A stretch of DNA of 64,000 nucleotides from Candidatus Omnitrophota bacterium (GTDB lineage Bacteria; Omnitrophota; Omnitrophia; Omnitrophales; Aquincolibacteriaceae): positions 51,642 through 115,641 of the forward strand of contig JBAYGD010000003.1 in the NCBI GenBank assembly GCA_041666865.1, written 5' to 3'. This document shows, one piece after another, positions 18,504-28,372 of this stretch. Below the pieces are notes generated by a model, which was not told the origin of the DNA, did not search any database, and worked only from the letters and a program-made list of their open reading frames with translations. Both the position numbers and the translations under genes were made by a program. Numbering within the stretch: the stretch's first letter is position 1; every line of letters begins with the position of its first letter.

Positions 18504-19331
18504 CTACGGTTTAATGTTACGTTCAAGCCACTGCCCGAAACGGGTTTTCCAGTTTTTCTTGCTCTGATCGCTGCGAAGATACCACTCCTGGCTTTTCTCC
18601 TCCAGCCAGTCGATCACCTGCCCCTTGAACTCGGCGGAATCGAAGACCTGATCGCCCTCGAGCTGAGTCAGATAGACCGAATAACCTTTCTTTTCGACGG
18701 CCATGGCTTTGGCCTTGGCCCGGGCCACCGAGTCCGGGTCCGCATTTTTTTCAAAGGCCAGAAAAAAAGGCGGCTGTTTTCGTACAACCGAGGCGTAGCG
18801 GACCATCGGCTCCATATAACCGTCCCACGATCCGCCCAGCAACGCCACGGCCCCGAATCGCTCGTGGTGCATGACCCCGAAGTAGGCCGCATAATGCGCC
18901 GATTCCGGGCTCATGCCGACCAAGTAGACCCGCTTTTTGTCGACTTGATAGCGGACGCTGATATCGTCTATCAGCTTGAGCACCCACTCGTCCATCAGAT
19001 AAGGCTCGGAACCGGGCCTCAGCAAACTGCCGGGACAAAGAACGATGAAGCTCCTCCGCTTGGCAATGGATGTCCAGAACTGGATACTATTGCCCGGGTC
19101 GTCCGCTCCGGCTGGGATCGATACGATCATCGGATAGGATTTGGCCGAATCGTAATTTTCCGGGACATATAAGAAGGCCGGGTGGTGCGTTTCCGGAAGC
19201 TGCATCACTCCCGTCGGCATCTTCGGCCCCAGGTTTTCATCGGCTCCCATGAGCACGCCGGGAGAAACGGCGAAGGCCAACGTGCCGATCAAAAAAATCC
19301 CGGCGGCAATCCCCAAAGAGTTTTTCTTCAT
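18504..19331 (-). CDS. Putative secreted alpha/beta-hydrolase (esterase / PHB-depolymerase-like)
   Basis: Start at ATG 19331 gives signal peptide MKKNSLGIAAGIFLIGTLAFAVS; esterase-like blocks YPMIVSIPAGADDPGN and LVGMSPESAHY. Family assignment is tentative. Confidence 0.4.
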   Translation of the reverse strand: MKKNSLGIAAGIFLIGTLAFAVSPGVLMGADENLGPKMPTGVMQLPETHHPAFLYVPENYDSAKSYPMIVSIPAGADDPGNSIQFWTSIAKRRSFIVLCPGSLLRPGSEPYLMDEWVLKLIDDISVRYQVDKKRVYLVGMSPESAHYAAYFGVMHHERFGAVALLGGSWDGYMEPMVRYASVVRKQPPFFLAFEKNADPDSVARAKAKAMAVEKKGYSVYLTQLEGDQVFDSAEFKGQVIDWLEEKSQEWYLRSDQSKKNWKTRFGQWLERNIKP

Positions 19332-19503
19332 CGTGTCCACCCGGCGCGGTTGATTTTTCGACTTGAAACAACCCGCAAAAAAACACAAACCCCCCTTTCG
19401 GGGGACTCGTATCCCTCGTAACTGGCTATGAAAACAAGACTTAATACTACACTCCGAAAAAACGATTGTCAATCGCGGAGGCTTGGAGGTTCCGAGGAAG
19501 GTT

Positions 19504-20142
19504 CTATTTCGTAATTTTGTGGGCTTCGAGGCGCTGGGTAAACTGTTTGGCCCTCTCGGTCATTTCAAGCCAGTTGTCCCGACGCACCAGAGGACGGTCA
19601 AAGATGGCTTCTCGGAGGGTCACGGCCACGCAGTGCTTGAGGTATTCGAAGGCACTTTCGAGGGTTGGCTCCGCATCGGCAATGAGCTTCACGAACGGCA
19701 GGGCCATCCGAAGGTCCTTGACGTACTCGACTCCGCCCATGGCACCCACCGGATAAATCTTCACCATGTCGGCACCGAGCTGAAAGGCGTTCACAGCTTC
19801 CGTGGGAGTCATGGCCCCCTGGATGACGAAGCTGTCGTTGTGCTTCGCCACGCTGATGATGTCCCGGTCGGTATACTGGCTGGAAACGAACTTGGCACCT
19901 GCGTTGAGGACCCGCTGGGTCATCTCGCCGTCGGTGACGCTGGCGGCCCCGACGAGAATCCCCTCGCGCTTGGAATGATTTTCGATCATGCGCAGGGCCT
20001 GCGGCGAATGCATGGAGATTTCGAAAAGGCGGATTCCCCCGGCCATCGCCGCCTTCATCATTTCTTCGGCGTCTTCAGCGGAACCCGAACGGATGAAGGC
20101 GACAAACTTATAATCGTCAAACCACTTCAAAACCTGATCCAT
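19504..20142 (-). CDS. eda: KDPG / 4-hydroxy-2-oxoglutarate aldolase (Eda family)
   Basis: Colinear similarity to E. coli Eda blocks (AGGIRLFEISMHSP, VGAASV, Schiff-base Lys region MVKIYP). Confidence 0.65.
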   Translation of the reverse strand: MDQVLKWFDDYKFVAFIRSGSAEDAEEMMKAAMAGGIRLFEISMHSPQALRMIENHSKREGILVGAASVTDGEMTQRVLNAGAKFVSSQYTDRDIISVAKHNDSFVIQGAMTPTEAVNAFQLGADMVKIYPVGAMGGVEYVKDLRMALPFVKLIADAEPTLESAFEYLKHCVAVTLREAIFDRPLVRRDNWLEMTERAKQFTQRLEAHKITK

Positions 20143-20231
20143 CCCCAGAGCGATTCTCCTTTGTCGTCACGCTTGCAGAGATTTTTATTATGGGATATTC
20201 CGTAGGCGCTGTCAACGTGAAATCATGCCGG

Positions 20232-20426
20232 GGGTGCCTACCACTTGATACAGTTGTTGCGCGGTCGGCAAAGAAAGGTTTCTCCAAAACGCGCCAGCCT
20301 CGCTCGGAGCTCTTAATCTGAGACTGCCGATTGCGCTGATCTCCTCGTCTCGGCAAGCAGCGCTAATTGTTTTTCCGAAACCTTTCTTTGCCTCCTGGGA
20401 GTTACTGTATCAAGTGGTAGGCACCC
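20232..20426. mobile_element. MITE-like non-autonomous element: 195 bp with 23-bp perfect TIRs (GGGTGCCTACCACTTGATACAGT), flanked by 9-bp direct repeat TCATGCCGG (20223-20231 and 20427-20435)
   Basis: TIRs and TSD read directly from the sequence; internal 16-bp inverted repeat GGCAAAGAAAGGTTTC (20267-20282 / 20377-20392); no ORF. The right TSD includes the uvrB stop codon. Confidence 0.6.
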
Positions 20427-22397
20427 TCATGCCGGCTCGCGGGCTTCAAGCTTTCGGATTTCGTCGCGGTAGCGGGCGGCCTTGTCGAATTCAAGGGCCT
20501 TGGCCGCGGTCTCCATACGGCTTTTGAGGAAGGCCAGATAGTTCTTCGCCTCATGCTCCTCGAGGGATTCTCCGACCGCCTCGGAAACGAAGACCTCGGC
20601 CGTGCGGTATTTTTCGATTCCGATTCTGATGGCTTTTCGGATCGAGACCGGCGTGATCTTGTTTTTGCGGTTGTAGGCCTCCTGGATCTTGCGGCGGCGC
20701 GCCGTCTCCCTCATGGCCGTCGCCATCGATTTCGTCACGCGGTCGGCGTAAAAAATCACCTTGCCGTGGAGGTGCCGCGCGGCGCGGCCCGCGATCTGGA
20801 TCAGCGAAACATCGCTGCGCAAAAATCCTTCCTTGTCGGCGTCGAGAACGGCGACCCGCGAGACCTCGGGAAGGTCAAGCCCCTCCCGGAGGAGATTGAC
20901 CCCGACCACGCAGTCGTACTTCTGGAGCCTCAAGTCGCGCAGGATTTCGACCCGCTCGAACGCGTCGAACTCCGAATGAAGGTAGTGCACCCGGATGCCG
21001 GCTTCGCGCAGATAGCGCGAAAGGTCCTCGGCCATTTTCTTCGTAAGCGTCGTGACAAGCACGCGCTCTTTTTTTCGGGTGCACTGTTTGATCTCCGCCA
21101 TCAGGTCGTCGATTTGATGCTTCGTCTTCCTCACCTCGATCCGGGGATCGAGAAGCCCTGTCGGCCGGATGATCTGCTCGACCACCCGGTCCGCGCGCCC
21201 CATTTCATAAGGCCCGGGCGTCGCCGAAACGTAGAGGCGCGGCCCCACCTTCTTCTCGAACTCCGCGAACTTCAGCGGCCGGTTGTCGAGCGCCGACGGA
21301 AGGCGGAACCCGTGCTCGACGAGAACCTTCTTACGGGACTGGTCGCCTTGAACCATCCCCCGGACCTGGGGAATGCTTTGATGCGATTCGTCGATCATCA
21401 CGAGGAAGTCCTTCGGAAAGTAATCGAGCAGCGTGTACGGCGTTGACCCAGGCGCTCTTCCTGCCAGATGCCTCGAATAATTTTCGATCCCCGAACAATA
21501 CCCCACTTCCCGGAGCATTTCGATATCGTAGCGGGTCCGGGACTCGAGGCGCTTGGCGGCCAGATCGTTGCCGTCGCGCAAAAGCTCGCGCACCCTCGAC
21601 GACAGTTCCTCTTCAATGCCGCGGACCGCCTCTTCGAGTCGCGACGACGCCGTGACGAAATGCTTGGCCGGGTAAACCGCCAACTTGGGACAAGCCTTCG
21701 CCGGCTTGAACGTCGTTGCGTCGAGCAAGGCAATGCCGGTCACCATGTCGCCGGCAAAAGTGATCCGGTACGGACTTTCCCCGTAGGACGGATAGAGGTC
21801 CACGGCATTGCCGCGGACGCGGAATGCGCCGCGCTTCAAATCGGTTTCCGCACGGTCGTATTGGATTCCGACAAGCGACTCCAGGAACCGGTCCCGCTCC
21901 AGGGCCTGGCCCGTTTCGATGCAGACCAAAAGACCCTGCCACTCTTCCGGGGAGCCGAGGCCATAAATACAGGAAACGCTCGCCACGATGATGCAGTCGG
22001 GCCGAGACAAAACGGAACTCGTCGCCGCCAGGCGCAGCCGGTCCAGGTCGTCGTTGATCGATGCATCTTTTTCGATGTAGGTGTCCGTGTGCGGGATGTA
22101 GGCCTCGGGCTGGTAATAGTCGTAGTAGGAAACAAAATATTCGACGGCGTTTTCGGGAAAGCATTCCTTGAGTTCGGCGTAGAGTTGGGCGGCAAGGGTC
22201 TTGTTGTGAGAGATCACGAGGGTGGGCTTTGACAACTCGGCAATCACATGGGCCATCGTGAAAGTTTTGCCGGAGCCCGTCACCCCGAGGAGGACCTGCT
22301 CGCGCAGGCCGGTCCGGAAACCTTCGACGATTGCCCGGATCGCTTTGGGCTGATCGCCCCGCGGCCTCATGGTGGAGGACAGGCGGAAAACGCTCAT
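20427..22397 (-). CDS. uvrB: Excinuclease ABC subunit B
   Basis: 656 aa; GVTGSGKT Walker A, helicase motifs, C-terminal UVR domain (ARYRDEIRKLE). Confidence 0.9.
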   Translation of the reverse strand: MSVFRLSSTMRPRGDQPKAIRAIVEGFRTGLREQVLLGVTGSGKTFTMAHVIAELSKPTLVISHNKTLAAQLYAELKECFPENAVEYFVSYYDYYQPEAYIPHTDTYIEKDASINDDLDRLRLAATSSVLSRPDCIIVASVSCIYGLGSPEEWQGLLVCIETGQALERDRFLESLVGIQYDRAETDLKRGAFRVRGNAVDLYPSYGESPYRITFAGDMVTGIALLDATTFKPAKACPKLAVYPAKHFVTASSRLEEAVRGIEEELSSRVRELLRDGNDLAAKRLESRTRYDIEMLREVGYCSGIENYSRHLAGRAPGSTPYTLLDYFPKDFLVMIDESHQSIPQVRGMVQGDQSRKKVLVEHGFRLPSALDNRPLKFAEFEKKVGPRLYVSATPGPYEMGRADRVVEQIIRPTGLLDPRIEVRKTKHQIDDLMAEIKQCTRKKERVLVTTLTKKMAEDLSRYLREAGIRVHYLHSEFDAFERVEILRDLRLQKYDCVVGVNLLREGLDLPEVSRVAVLDADKEGFLRSDVSLIQIAGRAARHLHGKVIFYADRVTKSMATAMRETARRRKIQEAYNRKNKITPVSIRKAIRIGIEKYRTAEVFVSEAVGESLEEHEAKNYLAFLKSRMETAAKALEFDKAARYRDEIRKLEAREPA

Positions 22398-22401
22398 CGT
22401 C

Positions 22402-23229
22402 TCAAACCATCGGCTTGATCAGGAGGGAAAAATCGACCGCCTTGACGGAGTGCGTGAGGGACCCGATCGAAATCTGATCAACCCCCGAGGCCGCGTAGCG
22501 GCGCGCATTGGCGGGCGTGATGCCGCCGGAGGCTTCAAGCAAAATATCGGGACGGATTTTCCGGACCCAGGCCACGGCCTTGCGGAGCCTGGAGACCGGA
22601 AAATTATCGAGCAGGATCGACTTGGGATGATAGCGGGCGGCCTCGCGAAGCTCCCGGAAATCGCGGACCTCGATGACGAACTGGCCGTGGAACCGCGAGA
22701 GGCGGCTCAAATCGCCGAACGGCCGGTGGTTTTCCTTCACGAAAACCGCGTCGTAGAGCCCCATCCGGTGATTCGTGCCCCCGCCGGTGAGGACCGCGTA
22801 TTTCTCGAGTTCGCGCCAAAGAGGGGTCGTCTTGCGGGTGTCGAGGACCCTCACTCCGTAAGGCGACGCGTGCCGGACAAACCCGGACGTCGCGGTTGCA
22901 ATCCCGCATAGCCTGGCTAGAAAATTAAGCAGGGTCCTCTCGATCTTCAGGATGGAACGGACCTTTCCGTCGAGCTCAAAAAGGGTTTGGCGCTTGCGGA
23001 AGGGCAAACCGTCGCGGACGAAAAATTTGACCCGGATCGACGGATCAGCCAGCGCGATCACGGTACGCACCAGCGACTCGCCGCAAAAAACGCCGCGGTC
23101 CTTCGCAAGGACAAACGCCCTGGCCACCGCGCGACTTGCGACCAGGCAGTTGGAGGTCTTGTCTCCCGGGCCGATATCTTCGCGCAGGGCGGCTCGAACT
23201 TGAGCAACGGTTCGACGGGAAAGTTTCAT
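22402..23229 (-). CDS. nadC: Nicotinate-nucleotide pyrophosphorylase (quinolinate phosphoribosyltransferase)
   Basis: 275 aa; characteristic DTRKTTPLWRELEKYAVLTGGGTNHRMGL block. Confidence 0.85.
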   Translation of the reverse strand: MKLSRRTVAQVRAALREDIGPGDKTSNCLVASRAVARAFVLAKDRGVFCGESLVRTVIALADPSIRVKFFVRDGLPFRKRQTLFELDGKVRSILKIERTLLNFLARLCGIATATSGFVRHASPYGVRVLDTRKTTPLWRELEKYAVLTGGGTNHRMGLYDAVFVKENHRPFGDLSRLSRFHGQFVIEVRDFRELREAARYHPKSILLDNFPVSRLRKAVAWVRKIRPDILLEASGGITPANARRYAASGVDQISIGSLTHSVKAVDFSLLIKPMV

Positions 23230-23244
23230 GAGAGGAGTCAGGGG

Positions 23245-24168
23245 CTACCTGGTGACGGCTTTTTGCCTGGTTTTCTTTTGTTCGTAGAGGGCCCGGTCGG
23301 CCTGGGCGATCAGCTGCTCGACAAAAACGGAGTTCCGGCTGTCGAAGTGTGCAAAACCGGTGCTCAACGACAGCGAGAAAGGCAGCAAGTTCTGCCGGTT
23401 GAATTCGCGTATATTCGCCTCGAGGCGGCCCGCAATGATCCCAGACTCCGGAAAATCCGCTTCCACCGCGAGGGCGGCAAACTCGTCGCCCCCCAGACGG
23501 GCAAGGATGTCGGACTTGCGAAACGTCTGGCGTAAAAGCTCAGCCGTTTTTTGGAGGGCCAGATCCCCCTGCCGGTGACCGTGGCCGTCATTGATCGCCT
23601 TGAGCCCGTCCAGATCGCTCATAAAAAAGAGGAGCCCTTTGCGCGAGCGGCTCGCAAGCCTCATCTGCTGTTCGGCCAAAATCATGAAACCTCTCCGATT
23701 GTAAAGCCCGGTCAGGTCATCCATCACCGACAGGCTGAAAAGCCGCATCTGCATGCGATGCCGCTCGATCGAGTAAAGAAGAACCCTTCGCAGCGATTTC
23801 GTATCGAACTCGGATTTCAGGAGATAGTCCTGGGCCCCTTCCCGGACCGCCTGCAGCGCAAGCAGCTCGTCATCCAGGTAGGTGAGAATGACCACCGGGC
23901 TCGACGGAGCCGCCGCCCGGATCGTCTTGAAGGTATTCATCCCGCTCGAATCCGGCAGGGAAAGCTCCAGCAGGATCGCGTCGAACTTCTCCCGGGACAA
24001 GGCCTCCATGGCCTCGGCAAGGGTTGCGGCGGCCCGGAGCTCGAACAAGAGCTGCGAGCTCTCGGGCGCCGCATCGTTCAGGTGCGCGGTATATTCCGGA
24101 TTGTCCTGCACGAGCAGAACCCGGATTTTCGCGATATCTTGTCCCGGCTTCGGGGGTCCTTCCGTCAC
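23245..24168 (-). CDS. Response-regulator receiver + GGDEF diguanylate cyclase
   Basis: REC domain with phospho-acceptor region (FDAILLELSLPDSSG); GGDEF active site RLGGDEFAAL. Confidence 0.8.
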   Translation of the reverse strand: MTEGPPKPGQDIAKIRVLLVQDNPEYTAHLNDAAPESSQLLFELRAAATLAEAMEALSREKFDAILLELSLPDSSGMNTFKTIRAAAPSSPVVILTYLDDELLALQAVREGAQDYLLKSEFDTKSLRRVLLYSIERHRMQMRLFSLSVMDDLTGLYNRRGFMILAEQQMRLASRSRKGLLFFMSDLDGLKAINDGHGHRQGDLALQKTAELLRQTFRKSDILARLGGDEFAALAVEADFPESGIIAGRLEANIREFNRQNLLPFSLSLSTGFAHFDSRNSVFVEQLIAQADRALYEQKKTRQKAVTR

Positions 24169-24240
24169 GGGGGTCTCCTTCCCGTCAAAGTTAGCCCTGA
24201 TTATACAACGGAAGGCCGGAAAAACTCAAAATGAAAATCG

Positions 24241-24585
24241 CTAAATGGCCTTTCCTCCGCTTTCGCCGGTCCGGATCCGAATGCACTGCTCGAGCGCCGT
24301 CACGAAAATCTTGCCATCTCCCACACGCCCTTCCTCGCCGTGGCGGGCGGCGCGAATGATCGCGTCGCAGGTGATTTTGACGAATTCGTCGTTGCAGGCG
24401 ATATCGAGCCGGGCCTTCGGGATCAGGTTCGGCGCGACGATCTGCCCCCGGTACAAATCCTCTTCGGCTTGCCGGCCGTGCCCGCTGACGCGGCTGATCG
24501 TGATGCGCGTGATTTCGGCCGCGATCAGGGCCTCTCGCACCGCATCGAGTTTGTCCGGTTGAATGATCGCTGTAATGAGTTTCAT
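24241..24585 (-). CDS. glnK: Nitrogen regulatory protein P-II
   Basis: 114 aa; MKLITAIIQP...RVSGHGRQ...GDGKIFV signature, T-loop Tyr (EDLYRGQ). Confidence 0.85.
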   Translation of the reverse strand: MKLITAIIQPDKLDAVREALIAAEITRITISRVSGHGRQAEEDLYRGQIVAPNLIPKARLDIACNDEFVKITCDAIIRAARHGEEGRVGDGKIFVTALEQCIRIRTGESGGKAI

Positions 24586-24598
24586 GACCGTTTCCTCC

Positions 24599-25930
24599 TT
24601 AGTTGGGATTCAAAAGGCCGTAGCCTTGTTCGCGGTGAAGACTGTGGTCCATGCCGGACATTTCGGAGGCCTTATCCAGTTTGAATCCGACCGTTTTTTG
24701 GATCAGGACCAGCAGGACAATCGAGACGGCGGCCGCGTAGGCCACCGTGATCAAGACGGCACTCGCCTGCACCCCGAATTGCTGTCCAACCGTCCAAACT
24801 CCCCCGGCCGCCGCGCGTGCCTCCGCCATCCATGCCGGACGGATGAAAAACGTCAGGGCCAGGGCCCCGGTCATGCCCGAAATACCGTGAATGCCGAAGA
24901 CGTCCAGGCTGTCGTCATAGCCCAGCTTGCCTTTGAGCATGATGGCAAAATAAGACATGAAAGAAGCGATAAACCCCAGCGCAATGGCTCCGTCGACCTG
25001 CACAACGCCGGCCGCCGGCGTAATCGCCACGAGCCCCGCAAGGATGCCGCTTGAAAGCCCGAGGCTCGTCGCCTTCCGGTGATGGAGCCCTTCAATAATC
25101 ATCCACGCGACAGCCCCGGAAGCCGCAGCCACTTGAGTCACGGTCAGCGCGCGTGCCGTATCAAGCCCGCTCGAAACGGAGCTCCCGGCATTGAATCCGA
25201 ACCACCCGACCCAGAGAAGCCCCGCGCCGGTGAGCGTCATCACTAAATTGCTCGGGTTCATCGTCGTTTTCGGATAACCTCGGCGTGAGCCCAGGTACAG
25301 GGCGGCCACGAGCGCCGTAATCCCGGAAGAAATATGAACAACGGTGCCTCCGGCAAAATCAATGGCCCCTTTGGCCCCCATGTTGAAAAGAAAACCGTCT
25401 GAAGCCCAGACCCAATGACATAGCGGGCAGTAAACCAGAAGGATCCATAGGACGAGAAAAACACAGTAGCCCCTGAATTTCACCCGCTCGGCAAAAGCTC
25501 CCGCAATCAGGGCGGGCGTGATGATCGCGAACTTGCCTTGAAACATGGCAAAAACGTATTCGGGAACTTTCGTGCTCATGATCGTCGTGTCGATCCCCTT
25601 GAGGAGAAAAAGCCCGGGGCTCCATCCCACCCATCCCCCGAGGACACTCGGGCCGAAGCTCAGGGCGTATCCGCAGACGGCCCACAGCAAGCCGACGATC
25701 GCCATCGAGGCAAAACTGTGCATCATCGTCCCGAGAACGTTCTTGGTTCTGACCAGCCCTCCGTAGAACATCGCTAGGCCCGGAACCATGAGAAGCACAA
25801 GGGCCGTGGAGGTCAGCATCCAAGACGTAATTCCGTGATCGACTTCCGGCTCCCCAGCTGCCAAGGCTAAGCCCGGCAGAAGCAGCAAAGGCGCCAGAAA
25901 CCCCAATAATTTCCTCATACGGTCATTCAT
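24599..25930 (-). CDS. amt: Ammonium transporter (Amt family)
   Basis: ~11 TM helices, Amt signature blocks; start at ATG 25930 (MNDRMRKLLGF) with GGAGGG RBS. The track ORF's 33 upstream aa were rejected. Confidence 0.85.
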   Translation of the reverse strand: MNDRMRKLLGFLAPLLLLPGLALAAGEPEVDHGITSWMLTSTALVLLMVPGLAMFYGGLVRTKNVLGTMMHSFASMAIVGLLWAVCGYALSFGPSVLGGWVGWSPGLFLLKGIDTTIMSTKVPEYVFAMFQGKFAIITPALIAGAFAERVKFRGYCVFLVLWILLVYCPLCHWVWASDGFLFNMGAKGAIDFAGGTVVHISSGITALVAALYLGSRRGYPKTTMNPSNLVMTLTGAGLLWVGWFGFNAGSSVSSGLDTARALTVTQVAAASGAVAWMIIEGLHHRKATSLGLSSGILAGLVAITPAAGVVQVDGAIALGFIASFMSYFAIMLKGKLGYDDSLDVFGIHGISGMTGALALTFFIRPAWMAEARAAAGGVWTVGQQFGVQASAVLITVAYAAAVSIVLLVLIQKTVGFKLDKASEMSGMDHSLHREQGYGLLNPN

Positions 25931-26078
25931 AGAAACCCTCCTTTGATTTGCAAATTTGTAGGGAATGGCATGAGCCCTACACCTACCTAACAACAATTTT
26001 GTAGCGCGCTCTATACGCCTTATCTTCATACGCCTTGTTAATCAATAATCATGCCAATCGAATAAACATCGTAAATCT

Positions 26079-26108
26079 TTGATCCGAAATATTGCCCGGA
26101 GGTATAAT
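26079..26108 (+). promoter_or_regulatory. Candidate sigma-70 promoter for the CBS gene: -35 TTGATC (26079-84), 18-nt spacer, -10 TATAAT (26103-08)
   Basis: Motifs seen in sequence ~60 nt upstream of ATG 26167. Confidence 0.35.
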
Positions 26109-26166
26109 AGGCCCGCGAAAAGCAGCGGAGCGGTTCAACGTTTTTGACTTGAAAAGGACGGGCAAG

Positions 26167-26646
26167 ATGATATCTCTCGAAGCTCAATTTTTGATGGTCC
26201 ACACGGATGTTGCCGTTTATGAAAACATGCCCGTCCCTCAGCTTGCTGAGAAACTTTACCGGATGCGCATCGGCGGATTGCCCGTCATCAACGAATCAAA
26301 AAAATATTGCGGCATGGTGACCGTCGCCGATATCTTTCAAGGACTCAAAGTGGCCCGGTCAGTTTTCGGCAAAAAAGCCCTCTGGATTTCTCTTTATCTG
26401 ACCCAGAATAAAATCATCCGCGTGAAGGACATTTACCGGCGCGAGAAAGTTTCTATCCGCCGGGATGCCCCGGTCGAACAGATCATCGATCTGATGCTGA
26501 AAAAAGACCTGTACGCCGTCCCGGTCACCAACGAAGGAGAAACGACGTTTTACGGCGTCATCGGCCGGTATGAAATTACGAGAGTCATCTTTCAATCTCC
26601 CGACGGGCTGGAGGATACCCCGTGGGTCCCGACTCAAGACGCTTGA
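26167..26646 (+). CDS. CBS-pair domain protein
   Basis: Two CBS motifs; start at ATG 26167 (AGGA RBS), downstream of the predicted promoter. Confidence 0.6.
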   Translation: MISLEAQFLMVHTDVAVYENMPVPQLAEKLYRMRIGGLPVINESKKYCGMVTVADIFQGLKVARSVFGKKALWISLYLTQNKIIRVKDIYRREKVSIRRDAPVEQIIDLMLKKDLYAVPVTNEGETTFYGVIGRYEITRVIFQSPDGLEDTPWVPTQDA

Positions 26647-28289
26647 TTCAGCATTTCCGCCGCATGCCTTCTTGAAATTTCAGTTTCCCGAAGCCCGCTC
26701 ATCATCTGGGCCAACTCACGGACCCGCTCATCGCCTTCGAGGATCTCGTAGGAAACGGCCGTTTTCCCCTTGCGGATCGCTTTGGTGACTTTGATGTGCC
26801 GGTCGGCAAACGACGCGATCTGGGGAAGATGGGTAATCAAAAGCACCTGCCGCTCGCCCGCGATGCTTTTGAGCTTTTGGCCCGTGACCTGCCCGAGCCG
26901 CCCCCCGATATTCGTGTCGATTTCGTCGAAGATCAAAGTGGGAATCGGATCGACTTCCATGAGGGCCTTTTTCATGGCCAGCATCACCCGGGAAGCCTCG
27001 CCTCCCGAAATAATCTTCTTCAGGGGAAGCAGCGGCTGTCCCGGATTCATCCGGATCATGAACTCCACGCGGTCGGTACCCTCGGCCGCATAGTCCGTTT
27101 TTTCGATCCCGGACTCGAAGCAAGCGTGCAGGATATGCAAATCCTTCAGCTCGGATTCGATCGTCCGCTTGAGCAGTTCGGCCGCCTTCCTTCTTTTTTG
27201 GGACAGCTTGGAAGCCAGCGCATCGAGCTGGGGCACGAGGGATTTCATTTTCATTTCGATGTCCCGCCGGGTCACCGCCGTGTCGATCAGCCTGTCATAT
27301 TTGGCCTTGGCCTCCCGGTAGAACTCGAGGACATTTGCAAAACTGCCGCCGTATTTGCGTTTGAGGTGCTCGAGCAAATCCAGCTTCTTCTCGATTTCGG
27401 CAAGCCGTGCGGGATCAAAGGTCAGGTTCTCGCGGTAGTCACGAAGTGCGCTGATGATTTCAAGGAGCGAATAGCGCAGGGCCTCGCCTTCCCCTTTGAA
27501 TTTTTCCATCGATCCGTCGAGCCTCGCAAGAGCCCCGATGTCGCGCAGGGCCTCGGCCACAAGGCCGGACGCCGAAACATCCTGCTCGTCTAAAACGGAA
27601 AGCGCACGCGTCGCAGCCTCGCTCAATTTTTCCGCATTCGCGAGGCGGATGCGCTCATGATCGAGCGCGTCCTCATCCATATCGGAGATTTCGGCACGCT
27701 CGATTTCCTGGATCTGGTATTTCAAAAGATCGAGCTCGCGCTCCTTATGTTCCTCGAGCCGCGCGATCTCCTCCGTTTCACCCGCCAAAGCCCGGTATTG
27801 CTCATAAAGCAGGCCGTAGGCCCTCAAAAGGTCCGCGTTCCCCGCCAACCGGTCGGTCAGCGCCATGTGGGATTTCCCGTCCAAAAGCAGCTGATGGTCG
27901 TACTGGCCGTGGATGTCGATCAGACATGATCCGGCTTCTTTAAGCTGGGCCAGGGCGACGAGGCGGTTGTTGATCCAGGCCCTGGACTTCCCTTGAGCAT
28001 GCTCCCTGCGTAAGACGAGCAGGCCTTCCTCTTCAAGGTAGGGTTCGAACACCGGATGGGCTTTGAGAAAATCTTCCCCCGCTTCAAAAGCGGCCTCCAC
28101 AAAACAGGCCGCCGCTTGATCAGCCCCGCGCAAGCCGTCCATGCGCTCACCGAGGACAAACCGGATGGCATCGATCAGGATGGATTTGCCCGCGCCCGTC
28201 TCTCCGGTCAGAACGTTGAGCTTCCCCGAAAACTCGAGGCTGAGATTTTCGATGAGTGCAAAATTCTTAATGTGGAGTTGTGTCAGCAT
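26634..28289 (-). CDS. recN: DNA repair protein RecN
   Basis: SMC-like protein: N-terminal Walker A LTGETGAGKSIL, long coiled coil, C-terminal signature/Walker B (LLITHLPQIA). Confidence 0.85.
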   Translation of the reverse strand: MLTQLHIKNFALIENLSLEFSGKLNVLTGETGAGKSILIDAIRFVLGERMDGLRGADQAAACFVEAAFEAGEDFLKAHPVFEPYLEEEGLLVLRREHAQGKSRAWINNRLVALAQLKEAGSCLIDIHGQYDHQLLLDGKSHMALTDRLAGNADLLRAYGLLYEQYRALAGETEEIARLEEHKERELDLLKYQIQEIERAEISDMDEDALDHERIRLANAEKLSEAATRALSVLDEQDVSASGLVAEALRDIGALARLDGSMEKFKGEGEALRYSLLEIISALRDYRENLTFDPARLAEIEKKLDLLEHLKRKYGGSFANVLEFYREAKAKYDRLIDTAVTRRDIEMKMKSLVPQLDALASKLSQKRRKAAELLKRTIESELKDLHILHACFESGIEKTDYAAEGTDRVEFMIRMNPGQPLLPLKKIISGGEASRVMLAMKKALMEVDPIPTLIFDEIDTNIGGRLGQVTGQKLKSIAGERQVLLITHLPQIASFADRHIKVTKAIRKGKTAVSYEILEGDERVRELAQMMSGLRETEISRRHAAEMLNQAS

Positions 28290-28372
28290 AGCCATGGCCC
28301 GCAATGGGGCATCTGCATTATAACGAAACTTCGGGAAATTCGGAAAAGGAATGGGAAAGGCCTAGGGGACAT

